Of a stretch of DNA of 64,000 nucleotides, positions 24,681 to 34,900 are shown one piece after another. Numbering within the stretch: the first letter of the stretch is position 1; every line of letters starts with the position of its first letter. The notes beneath the pieces are model-generated. The model searched no databases. It was not told where the DNA came from and worked only from the letters and a program-made list of their open reading frames with translations. A program made the translations under genes and the position numbers. Source of the stretch: Basidiobolus meristosporus CBS 931.73 (lineage: Eukaryota; Fungi; Basidiobolomycota); the NCBI GenBank assembly GCA_002104905.1, contig MCFE01000478.1, forward strand, positions 4,399 through 68,398, in the 5' to 3' direction.

Positions 24681-25932
24681 TTAATTGGCAGTTTGTTTGG
24701 TGACTTTCTCATGGAATTGTCGTAACAGCGCATCGACGTTCTCGATACCCTGTGGCCGAATATCAGCAAGTGCTTTAATCTGGGCTGTGACTTGTTTGAC
24801 TTGGTCATCGCTGAGGTTCAGTCCTAGCTGCGTAACTCTGTTCTTGACGGCATTCCAGCCAGTGAGTCGGTGTCCGATGGATACGTAACGAGTCATTCCG
24901 AAATCCTCTGGTTGCAAAATCTCATATGTGCTAGGGTTGTTAAGGATGGCCTTGGCGTGGATTCCAGCCTTATGGGTGAAGGCACAATAGCCGGTGATAT
25001 AGTTGTTGAATGGCACTTGGATATCGACTGCTTCAGCCACTAGGTTTTCGATGTCGCGAAGCATGTGAAGCTTGTATTTGCCCATAATATACTCCTTGTT
25101 GGCTACGTACATCCGAGCGCATAGGCCACCAAGCGGGGTGATCCCGTTACGCTCGCCAATACCAAGGACCGAGGTGTCGATGTGCGTAGCACCCGCTTCG
25201 AGAGCCGCATAAGCATTTGCAATAGCACACCCAGTGTCATCATGGAAATGGCACTCTATGTCACAGGAAACCACTCCACGAAGAGTCCTCACTAGTTCGT
25301 ACACCTGGCGAGGGTTGGCACAACCAACGGTATCGGCAATACCAACGCGGTTAACTCCCAACTTATCGACAGTAGTGTAGATGTTGAGCAAGTCCACCAG
25401 GTCACTACGGAAGGAATCTTCACTGGAGAATCTGACCTCCAATCCGGTTGAGATGATGTAACTGACCACCTCAATGGCCTGTTGGGTAATGTAGTCCATA
25501 TCTTTACCGTGGGAGAACTTGCGAAGGAAGGAGGATGTCCCGATGACAACATCGAGTCCATCCACCCCAGTATCAATAGCAAGCTTAGCATCATCCATAT
25601 GGCAACGGACGTGGGTGAGGATCTTAGCCTTCAAGCCCAGTTGGCAGATGGCCTTGCAATCGCTCCTTGATTGCTCGGAGGCGGCAGGAGAGGTTAGCTC
25701 GATGTACTCGACACCGAACTCATCCAAGGCTTTGGCAATCTCGATCTTCTTCTCGGTATCGAAGAATGCATTGGCGAATTGTTCACCCTCTGGAGAAAAC
25801 GATTAGCTTAATTGTGGAAGGAGAAACGCCCAGGGGCAACCAACCTCTTAGTGTGGACTCGATCACAGCAAAATTGTCGACTCTGCTTAAAAGATCAGAG
25901 ACGTTTCCGGCGTAAGGATTTGATCTGGTCAT
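24681..25932 (-). CDS. LYS21: Homocitrate synthase (alpha-aminoadipate lysine pathway)
   Basis: [17 protein letters not shown]|[67 protein letters not shown]. Confidence 0.95.
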
Positions 25933-26154
25933 TGTGGGAGTAAAATGCGACGGCTAATACAACGTTTCGGTAAAAGGCGATGGTTGATACGATGTTGGCT
26001 GCTAGAGCGGTGGGGAGGTATTTAAATGAAATCACCACGGCCAGAGTTTGAGTGTAGACTTCCGCTCAAGACTATGATTAAACCCTTTCACACAACCCAT
26101 TCCATATGCATCTCAAATCTCCCAAATTCGATCACTGATGGCTGGTGTATCTTA

Positions 26155-26173
26155 ATGACTCGATTCTGACTCA
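26155..26173. promoter_or_regulatory. Tandem Gcn4/CpcA-type sites (ATGACTC and TGACTCA) upstream of homocitrate synthase
   Basis: ATGACTCG at 26155 and TGACTCAT at 26167, about 230 bp upstream of the ATG. Confidence 0.6.
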
Positions 26174-26938
26174 TGTTGCCAAAATGCAGCATGTTGAATC
26201 CCGGCGCACAAACGACCTAGTAGACAGATCCATGTCAGTCTTACCTACCATCTGGCTGATCTCATCTGAGTTTAAAGTTTAGCCATGTCACATCTTCCGC
26301 TGAGCCTGATCCATGTCACATCAATATACGGAGTTTATTTGTGTGGCACCACCTTGTCCCTCGAACAACAAAACCCCATTCTGAAGCAATGTGCTCCCCC
26401 AGAGGCGGGTCAAGGTGGGGTTCCATAAAAGAAACAAAGGGTACACCGAGAAAAATAATTATTAGTTAGCAATAGTTCGTTGTGATAGTGTCTAATGGCA
26501 CGAGGCGGGCGATGATGGATTATACTGTATAGAGGGACTCCATTGCATAAGTAAGGCTTGGTCCAGATGATGAAGGGTTCCATTGGGTTGGTGGCATGTG
26601 GGGAGTATCAACAAGGAATAAGATACAAGTCGATAGACTCTGAAAGGAAAATTGCGCTGATTATTATTTCGTTGCAAGATAAGATAGAAATGATGTCGGG
26701 TACGATAAACCAATGGAAAGTGGGTTGGAAAACTGAGCAAGCGGAGTTCAGGATGCGAGGACAAGCGAGCTAAAACGACCGGTGTCTATACGGAAGAATA
26801 CCATTGCAACGGGAGCTCTCGAAAATCAATGTTGTACATGACTGTTTACAGTGAAAAATAGAAGGTAGCGGGGATCTTCGTCTTGCCAAAGAGAAGCGTC
26901 GGGTAGAGAGTTGTTGACTAATCGACATGGCCTAGTGC

Positions 26939-28318
26939 TCACGGCATCATAGGAGTTGTGGTGGTGGTGGTAGTGGAAACAGTGTCGCGCTGAGAATTGG
27001 TGGCCTCTTGTGAATGCGATGTTGCACCAGCGCTCAGACTCGACTCGGGATGTCTCTCTACACACCAGTAACGATGGCCATCTGACCATGCTTTTGATTG
27101 GCATGTTTTGGAGCAGTATTTGGCTTTGCGGCACCGTCTACATTTAGAGAACTCCCGGGGGTATCTTTCCCATTTTCCACAAGACATGTTGGCGCACTGT
27201 CTGATTCCGCCGCGGGATTCGTCTTTACGACAAGCATTTCTCATAATGATTGAAGCCCAGCACTGGATCTCGGCGGTATGTCCTCGACTGGTGAATTTCT
27301 CCACCAAGCTGAACACGTTACACTCGAACTCGGTGTGGAGCCGTTGTCGGAGATGTGGATATTTTGAAACGTAAGCCAAGAGCTGTAGTGAAAGGAGGAT
27401 ATCTTCTTCTCTGTACAATACTTCGTCGATTTTATCTGGCGGGCTATCAATGGACTGAGAATTAGGACGGTTGGGAGCTTCCTCACGCGTGGCGCGCTCT
27501 AATTGGATTCCCACCTCGGCGTTACCGATTCCCTCTTGGTGTTGGTAGTTTGGAGCCGGAGACGGTGGCTGAGATTCACCTGTATCTGGGTTGGTATCTA
27601 GATCTGGAACGACCGTGGTAGACGCGTTGTTGGGTTGGGTAAGTAGCGAAGTGAACACCGGAGTGGAATTATCGTTATTCTCATCACCACCGTTTTGCAA
27701 CTGTTGCGATGCTAGAGTGCGACGAAGCGAAGGCAAACTGCGTCTAATCGCTGGTATATTATTTAAGTCTTGGGGTCGTAGCACATCGGCCATCTCAGTA
27801 TTTTGCATGGGGTCATCCATTTGTCGCGCGGCGTTGTTTCCAATGGGAGGTAACGACACGCTGGCGTCAAAAGCGTTCTCATTCATAAGCGTACTGGACA
27901 ATGGCTGGATTTCCTTGTCTTTTTCCAATTTGACTTGCTCAAGGGCTTTGAGAAAGTGTTTCAGGATGTTGATGACCACCTCCACCATCCCGGCATCCAC
28001 CACTCGACAGCGGATCGTTTCAGTTCCTCTTACACCGACATTTACTACACACTGGAAGGCCATGGACCATATCCAGGCCAGCCTTTTGTCATCTATTCTA
28101 GTGGTTTTCAGTATGCGAATTAAGCGTTCCAGCCCGCCATCTTTGGTCATAATCTCTCTAATTCGTGGGGAGGTACTCGTCAGATATATCAGATGAGATA
28201 AGGAATTGATCAGAGGTAATATAGCAGTGCAGTCGAGCGCTCGACGATCGTAAAGTGCCGAGGTGATGGTGACGCAGGCGCGATTTTGGTTTGGAAAGGA
28301 AAAGTTCGACTCTCTCAT
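26939..28318 (-). CDS. MUB1: MYND-type zinc finger protein MUB1/samB
   Basis: MRESNFSFP..CVTITSALYDRRALDC..LINSLSHLIYLTSTSPRIRE; MYND CANMSCGKWE..FSKCRRCRKAKYCSKTCQSKAW..HRYWC. Confidence 0.92.
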   Translation of the reverse strand: MRESNFSFPNQNRACVTITSALYDRRALDCTAILPLINSLSHLIYLTSTSPRIREIMTKDGGLERLIRILKTTRIDDKRLAWIWSMAFQCVVNVGVRGTETIRCRVVDAGMVEVVINILKHFLKALEQVKLEKDKEIQPLSSTLMNENAFDASVSLPPIGNNAARQMDDPMQNTEMADVLRPQDLNNIPAIRRSLPSLRRTLASQQLQNGGDENNDNSTPVFTSLLTQPNNASTTVVPDLDTNPDTGESQPPSPAPNYQHQEGIGNAEVGIQLERATREEAPNRPNSQSIDSPPDKIDEVLYREEDILLSLQLLAYVSKYPHLRQRLHTEFECNVFSLVEKFTSRGHTAEIQCWASIIMRNACRKDESRGGIRQCANMSCGKWERYPREFSKCRRCRKAKYCSKTCQSKAWSDGHRYWCVERHPESSLSAGATSHSQEATNSQRDTVSTTTTTTTPMMP

Positions 28319-28672
28319 TCTGCGCAAAAGAACTTGGTTAACAAACCACTTCAGGCGGGTAGAACAATAGCTACGGAAATCTTGCTAAGGAGATAAGGGA
28401 TGTGTAGGCCGCTTGTTCTAAATCACTTCAGCAAGGAAGAAAGGCTTACTATAAAAGGAGTGTTGGAGGTTGCAGGGCTTTCAAGAAACAAGATGAGAAA
28501 GAAAGGAATACGGGTGTGGGGTTTAACGTCAGGTTGACTGATACAATGCGTCGAATTCAATAAATTAAAAGTGGATCAGGTGACCTTCGGGTACAATGAT
28601 GCTTAAGGACAGGTGAGAGAAAAAATTTAAGAGAAAAAAAGGAGCTTCACAAAGGGATGATTAGTCATTAAA

Positions 28673-28768
28673 TGATTGATTATTCGTAGCTTTATCCCAT
28701 GTAAGTTGATGATAATTCGCAGCTTTATCCCATATTAGTTGGTGATTTATTTGTAGCTTTTCATGTAG
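28673..28768. repeat. Degenerate ~33-bp tandem repeat x3
   Basis: TGAT(T/G)AT(T/A)ATTCG(T/C)AGCTTTATCCCAT... twice plus a third decayed unit. Confidence 0.7.
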
Positions 28769-29287
28769 CGTTTCATTCTCATTCTATATTAGTGGATATT
28801 ACCATTGGGCTAAGGAAAATCGCTAAGAACAATCGTTCAAGCCACAAGATGTTGCGATAATGGTGCCGCACGTGATTCCGCCGATGATTGGCCATGCCTG
28901 GGAATGGAAGTTGTTGATTTGGTGGATTTTCTCCGTGTCCAGAAACTTGTTACATGTATGATACACGCCTACACGCCTACACGCCCACAGGTAAGTACAT
29001 GTTAGCTGGCCATCAATAGAAAACACACCTATTACGCAAAACAACCTGCATCACAGTATATACTCAACAAAATGATTTGTCCAGACCGCATACTCGGCCA
29101 AATATATACGCTTCACCTGTTTGCTAAAGCTTGGTCATAAAAAATTGCTACTTATTAGCAGTGTGGGGGAAAGCACTTTATGAAGTCAATATGATATTGT
29201 ATTTTGGAATGAAGGTCGTACAGTGGAATGAAGATGCATCGTAATAAAGCGAGATATGACATAAAGACTTGGGAAGCCCTACAAAGC

Positions 29288-29671
29288 TCACAAGTTTGGT
29301 TGTTTTTGAGACTCTGACTGCTGTATTCCGTCGGCCCTTGGATTTTTGGCCTCTGTACGCAACTCCCAAAGTCGTTCCACCATATCATCGTTCATCTTAT
29401 CAAGAGAGATTGTGTCCAGCTTCTTCCCCAATAAAATTCGCTTATCTTCTGTGGGGACTGTGTTGGTCTGGAGCTGTAAATCGTGAAGATACTGATGCCA
29501 CTGGGTAACAAAACCCTTTAGAAACGTGGGATTGGTCACATCTTTATGGCGGCGGAACTCGTCTTTGACGTAGTTGTCGCCAAGGTAGCGAAATTCATCG
29601 GGAAGGCGCCGGTGCACACGAAGAATGTGACGATACAGATGCAGAGGAGGTAGGCGACGAAGTCCACTCAT
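29288..29671 (-). CDS. SDHAF3: Succinate dehydrogenase assembly factor 3 (ACN9/SDH7, LYR family)
   Basis: LPPLHLYRHILRVHRRLP..RYLGDNYVKDEFRRHK..F..QW..Y. Confidence 0.9.
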   Translation of the reverse strand: MSGLRRLPPLHLYRHILRVHRRLPDEFRYLGDNYVKDEFRRHKDVTNPTFLKGFVTQWHQYLHDLQLQTNTVPTEDKRILLGKKLDTISLDKMNDDMVERLWELRTEAKNPRADGIQQSESQKQPNL

Positions 29672-29918
29672 TTTCAACGAATTCACCAAATGGGTCAAGG
29701 TTCACTTGAAATAGCATGGCTGTCAAAATCATTTAAGGGGAAAATTCTTCCCCATCTGCCGCAATAAGAAAGGAATCTATTTATTAGGCTAAGGAGGCGA
29801 AATATGCTAGAAATACATTCAATCATGCTATTGTCTGTGGATCTGTCTGAAATGAGGAATCAATCGTGTGTGGGAATCATATCAAATGCGTGGGATGCTC
29901 AACAACTAGATAAGCACT

Positions 29919-30464
29919 TCACGTGTTGGCGGCAATGACTGGGATTTCATTGATCAGCTTGGGTTTTTTCCGAGTGCTCACTCTGTGGCAGAGGTACTGC
30001 TCGTTCTGGGGATCGAGCGCTCGCTTCTTCACCCCACTCAACGAGTCCCCCCGTATATCGGCGGTTCTTACCACCCAGTGGATGCTTTGTAGGCCAGGAT
30101 AGTTCAGCACAGTATCCATTAGCCATTCTCGAACACTCAACCCTTCATAGGCCTCCGAGATGTGGATGTTACATAGATAAGCTAGCCGAATATAGTCCGT
30201 GGCGACTCGGGCAAATCCGATTTGATAGACGGTCGGCATCCCAAGACTGCCATATTCTTTAGGCAATGTGACAAACAGACCAAAGCACAAAGAAAAGTTT
30301 AGGATGCGTTTGAAGTTCGCCCTGCACAGCGGCTCTTCACTTTCATTCAGCGAGGAGATGTATTCGTAGACGAAGTTTAGATCCAGGTCTCGAGGGTCAG
30401 TACTGATGAAATAGTTCCCTTTCGTCCAGGTGTACGCGCTACGTGTTACTGAAGATATGCTCAT
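29919..30464 (-). CDS. GNAT-family N-acetyltransferase-like protein, intronless
   Basis: YFISTDPRDLD..FSLCFGLF..QIGFARVATDY..AYLCNIHI..LMDTVLNYPGLQ. Confidence 0.75.
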   Translation of the reverse strand: MSISSVTRSAYTWTKGNYFISTDPRDLDLNFVYEYISSLNESEEPLCRANFKRILNFSLCFGLFVTLPKEYGSLGMPTVYQIGFARVATDYIRLAYLCNIHISEAYEGLSVREWLMDTVLNYPGLQSIHWVVRTADIRGDSLSGVKKRALDPQNEQYLCHRVSTRKKPKLINEIPVIAANT

Positions 30465-30905
30465 ATTTTCCACCGAAATGAATAGAATAGAGGAAAGGGA
30501 TATGCTCTACTCTAGAATCAATCGGGCAAAGGCGACGGTGTGGCTTTATAAAGCTACAAGGTGGTTTGAAACTGGAGATTTACGCAAACAAGAGTAGTCA
30601 CACACGCGTACTACTGCTGATGGGGACATGACTACATCCATCTAGATACACCGAGGTGATTTGCCTGTTGGTATGGGCGTGAGGATGATGGATCTGGCTG
30701 AATCTTGTGTGGAGGAAATGGAGAAGCACGAGATGGACTATTGGGTGGATGATACATGAGGGCGGGGTGTTTTTTGACACATGAGTTTTGATAGCGGGGA
30801 CTTGGTTTGACACATGAGTCCGCATCTTTTTCGATCATCGTGTGACTTCAGCGTGTGAGAAACACCGAAGAGAACAACAAGAATCTGGAGAACACCAACA
30901 ATAGA

Positions 30906-30923
30906 TTAGGATTAGGGTTAGGG
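30906..30923 (+). promoter_or_regulatory. Telomere-like TTAGGA-TTAGGG-TTAGGG motif (Tbf1/telo-box type) upstream of the snoRNA host locus
   Basis: Seen directly; about 200 bp upstream of the first snoRNA. Confidence 0.5.
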
Positions 30924-31123
30924 TCGCGCGGATCCAATCGGGGAGGGGAACGATGTTCAGGGGTGATTTTTTCTCGCTCCTCAGGCTGAGGGAATTTTTT
31001 TCTCACACCTCAGGTAAAGCCTTAAATTCGGTCGGTGTGCCACCTCCATTCCTCCTCTCTCTTGGTCATCAGAATTCTGAAGGTGAGTAAACAAGCTACA
31101 TTTTGCATGATCCATCACAATGA

Positions 31124-31204
31124 GTAGGAATGATGTTCAAAATATTGCTTTTTGAATTTCTTCACCTGAACATAAAATGTTGAGAAATGACACCCCTGAC
31201 CTAT
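31124..31204 (+). ncRNA. Box C/D snoRNA, snR47/U36(SNORD36C)-type guide for LSU rRNA Am2220 (yeast numbering)
   Basis: Box C ATGATGT 31130-31136; guide TTGAATTTCTTCAC (31152-31165) complementary to conserved LSU GTGAAGAAATTCAA; D' CTGA 31166; D CTGA 31196; terminal stem GTAGG/CCTAT; inside intron GTGAGT(31083)..GCTGAC..TGTAG(31275). Confidence 0.88.
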
Positions 31205-31341
31205 CAATGTTGAACATAATGGTTTACCATATAAATGCACAAGTACGATTGCTGACCAAGTTTCCTTCACTGTAGGCTTCTTCTGCTGTACAATTGGACG
31301 GTTCCGACGGGAGGGTTCAACTCCCTCTGTTGTACTTTCAT

Positions 31342-31429
31342 TTAAGATGATGAACTTTAAAAAATCAAAAGGCTTAACCATTGAGATATATTCATTTATA
31401 TCGTTGATACCTTGATTGTTCTGATTTCA
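31342..31429 (+). ncRNA. Candidate second box C/D snoRNA, target not identified
   Basis: Perfect box C ATGATGA 31347-31353, D'-like TTGA 31381, box D CTGA 31421; ~75 nt C-to-D spacing; followed by a 3' splice-like TTGCAG. Confidence 0.55.
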
Positions 31430-31476
31430 ACCATTTTTGCACATGGGTGGTCCCATCATTGCAGGTTCGATTCCTG

Positions 31477-31526
31477 AGTTGTGCTATTCCTTGCTGTGTG
31501 TAGTTGTGCTATTCCTTGCTGCGTGT
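31477..31526. repeat. 25-bp tandem duplication
   Basis: AGTTGTGCTATTCCTTGCTG(T/C)GTGT x2. Confidence 0.85.
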
Positions 31527-31973
31527 TGCACTGACTAAACGAACAAATAAATCCTCTAATTTAAAAATAATAATGGACCATAATGTATGATGGCTATGAC
31601 TGAGTGTTTTGGGGAATGTAACCATATAATGACTGGCCCTAAAGATTTCCATCGCGTATCGTCATTATCCAGCGCAGTTATGCAGCCAAATCGAATTAAA
31701 AAAAACATTTTTTTTTTGAATCCGAGATATCTTACGGATCGGGAAAAAAAAACTTGGTGAAAAAAAATCAAGATACACTACACGCTGACAACGAGTAGCA
31801 TTGTGTACTGCCCGAGCTTGAACCCAAAGCGGTGCGTTAGCTACTGATAGACTTTGCCTCAAGCTGTGGAGTTCGTTCCGGTGTATTTATTTGTTAAATA
31901 GAACTGTTTCCCTGAGTCCCCCTTTTCGTTTCGTATAAACGTGAAAAACCTACACATAGGTTTGTAAACCAAC

Positions 31974-34900
31974 ATGAACATTTCAAACCCGGTTAACGCC
32001 GAGATCAATGCTGTATCTTTCTCCTTCTACGACCCAGAGGAGGTAAAGAAGATCTCGGTAAAGCATATAGTCAATCCCCAGCTTCTTGACAACTTGAATC
32101 ACCCCACCAAAGGTGGTCTGTATGATCCAGCTCTCGGCCCTTTTACCAAAAACCATGTGTAAGTGACTTTCTCCTTGAAACAAATATAGCGACCGGTATT
32201 AACATGTTACGTTATCCTCAATTAGCTGCGCTACCTGCTCTCTCGACTACTTTTCGTGCCCTGGTCATTTCGGTCACATTGAGCTCCCCTGCCCAGTCAC
32301 GAATCCTTTAGTTTTCAAATATATGTTCGGATTGATGAGAGCCAAATGTTTTTACTGCCATCGCTTCAGAACTTCTCGTGCTGAGGTATTTTTGCATTGG
32401 TTTTGGCTTTTCACCCGCAGCGCATAACCTCCGTGATATTTCAGAATGCTCGTTTCATAGCCAAGCTACAACTGCTTCAATCTGGACTGGTTTTGGAGGC
32501 GTTGGAAGTTGACAACATGGTTCCCAATTTCAAGAGCAAGAAGGCTGCTGGTGAGGAAGAAGAAGAGTCCATTGAGGAATTGAAGGTGGAGACCGAGGAC
32601 GAATATGTCGAGAGAATCGGTTAGTTGAAGCAAATGGATTTCTTTGGTAGTTTGAGATGATTTACTAATAGATCCATTACAGAGATGTTTGTTAAGAAAT
32701 CCCTCGAGAATGCCTCTGAGAGTGCCTCCAAGGATTACAAAATAACCCTTATCAACGAAGAAAGAAGAAAGGTCCAAGCTGAATTTATTAAGCGTGCCTG
32801 CGGTAAAAGAAGATGCGACAACTGTTCTGGATATGCTCCTGTTCTTCGTAACGACGGGTACACCAAGGTTTTCAAGCAGCCCCTTCCAAAGAAATACCAG
32901 GCTGTGATGGATGCCAAGGGTATGGTAGAATCAGACGTTCTTCAGAAGAAAGCCAAGCAACAAAAGCGTCACTATGCCGACACCGAAATGATGGATGTCG
33001 ACGAGGAGGAAGAGGAGGCCACCGAGGATATGGAGATGGAGGTAGCAGCCGAAAAGAAGACTGCTCATACCTTCATGACCCCTCTTCACCTTCGTAACCA
33101 TATTGGTCTCTTGTTTGAGAATGAAGCCGTCATCACCAACTTGTTGTATGGCAAGTACAACCCCATCAGTGGTACATACGCCACCAAGGCCAGCCCAAAT
33201 ATGTTCTTCATTGAAGTTCTTCCTGTGCCTCCAACTCGCTTCAGACCAGCTTCCGTCTTTGAAGATGAGATCATGGAAAACCCTCAAAATGTGTATCTCG
33301 GCCAAGTGTTGGGCACCTGCAACCGCCTCCGTGATATTAACGTCACTGCCAACGGTGGCAGCGATAAGATTGATGGCGCCAGTTTGGCTAGCTCCGACAC
33401 CAGATTGTTCTCCAACCTCATCAATACCTGGATCCAGCTTCAGCAAGATGTCAACAACCTTATTGACAGTTCCAAGAACCCCAACCTGGGTAAGAACGGA
33501 GCCGCCCCTCCCCCAGGTATTCGTCAGACACTTGAGAAGAAGGAAGGTCTATTCAGAAAGCACATGATGGGCAAGCGTGTCAACTACTCTGCTCGTTCCG
33601 TCATTTCTCCTGATCCCAACATCGAAACCAGTGAAATCGGTATTCCACCAGTGTTCGCCTCAAAGTTGACCTACCCTGAGCCAGTGACCCACTACAACGT
33701 CAAGGAAATGCGTCGCGCCGTCATTAATGGACCCGATCAATGGCCTGGTGCTTCTCATGTTCAGCATGAGGATGGAACCTTGACATCCTTGGGTAACCTG
33801 AGTCTGGAGTCCAGAATTGCCTTGGCCAATCAACTTCTCACCCCACAAGAGACCTCTACCAATGCTTCTGCCGGTGGCGCGTTTACTCCTCGGGTGACTG
33901 GGGTAAACAAGAAGGTTCTTAGACATCTTAAGAATGGTGATCTTCTTCTGTTGAACAGACAGCCTACCCTACACAAGCCCTCTATCATGGCACACAGAGC
34001 CAGAGTTCTCCCTGGCGAGAAGACCATTCGTATGCACTATGCCAATTGTAACACCTACAACGCCGATTTCGATGGTGATGAAATGAACATCCATTTCCCC
34101 CAGAACGAAATCGCCAGAGCCGAGGCGCTTCTTATTGCCAACACTGACTCGCAGTACCTCGTACCAACTAACGGTAGTCCCCTCCGTGGTTTGATCCAGG
34201 ATCACGTAGTAACAGGGGTGTGGATGACGGCTAAGGACACCTTCTTTACTCGCGAAGAGTACCAACAAGTCATCTATGGTGCCTTGAGACCCGAAGAAGA
34301 CGAGAGTGGTAACGGTAAGATTGACACCGTTCCTCCTGCCATCTGGAAGCCTCAGCCTCTTTGGACCGGTAAACAAATCATCTCCACGATCTTGAAGAAC
34401 CTTACCAAGGGACTTCCACAAGCCAACGTCAAGTCTAAGGCCAAGGTGCCTGCCAAATACTGGGGCCCAGGATCCGAGGAGCAAAACGTCATTGTCATGG
34501 ATGGTGAGTTGCTCTGTGGTGTTCTCGATAAGAGTCAGTTTGGTGCCTCTGCTTTTGGTCTGGTCCACTCGGTGTATGAGCTCTATGGACCATCATATGC
34601 TGGTAAATTGCTCAGCATTTTCGGCAGACTCTTCACCAAGTATGTCCAGATGCGCGGTTTTACCTGTCGTATGGATGATTTGCGTTTGACCAGCGAAGGT
34701 GATCAATGGAGACGTGACTTGCTGGAGAAGGGCAAGTTCTTTGGTCGCGATGCATCCAGAGACTACGTTGGATTGAAGAATCTTGAGGAAATGAGCCAAC
34801 AACAGATCGAAAGTGAGTACAAACACAGAATGGAGGAGGTTCTTCGTTCCAACGAGAAGATGGCCGGTTTGGATGCCGCCATGAAGTCCAAGATGAACGG

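Noticed and set aside
28985-29000. GTACTTACCTG on the minus strand resembling the U1 snRNA 5' end
   Set aside because: No downstream U1 stem-loop motifs (GAUCAC, AUUGCAC) or Sm site; it is simply the reverse complement of a splice donor
30598-30838. Short ORFs upstream of the GNAT
   Set aside because: Explained by repeated cis-motifs and low-complexity sequence; no coding signal
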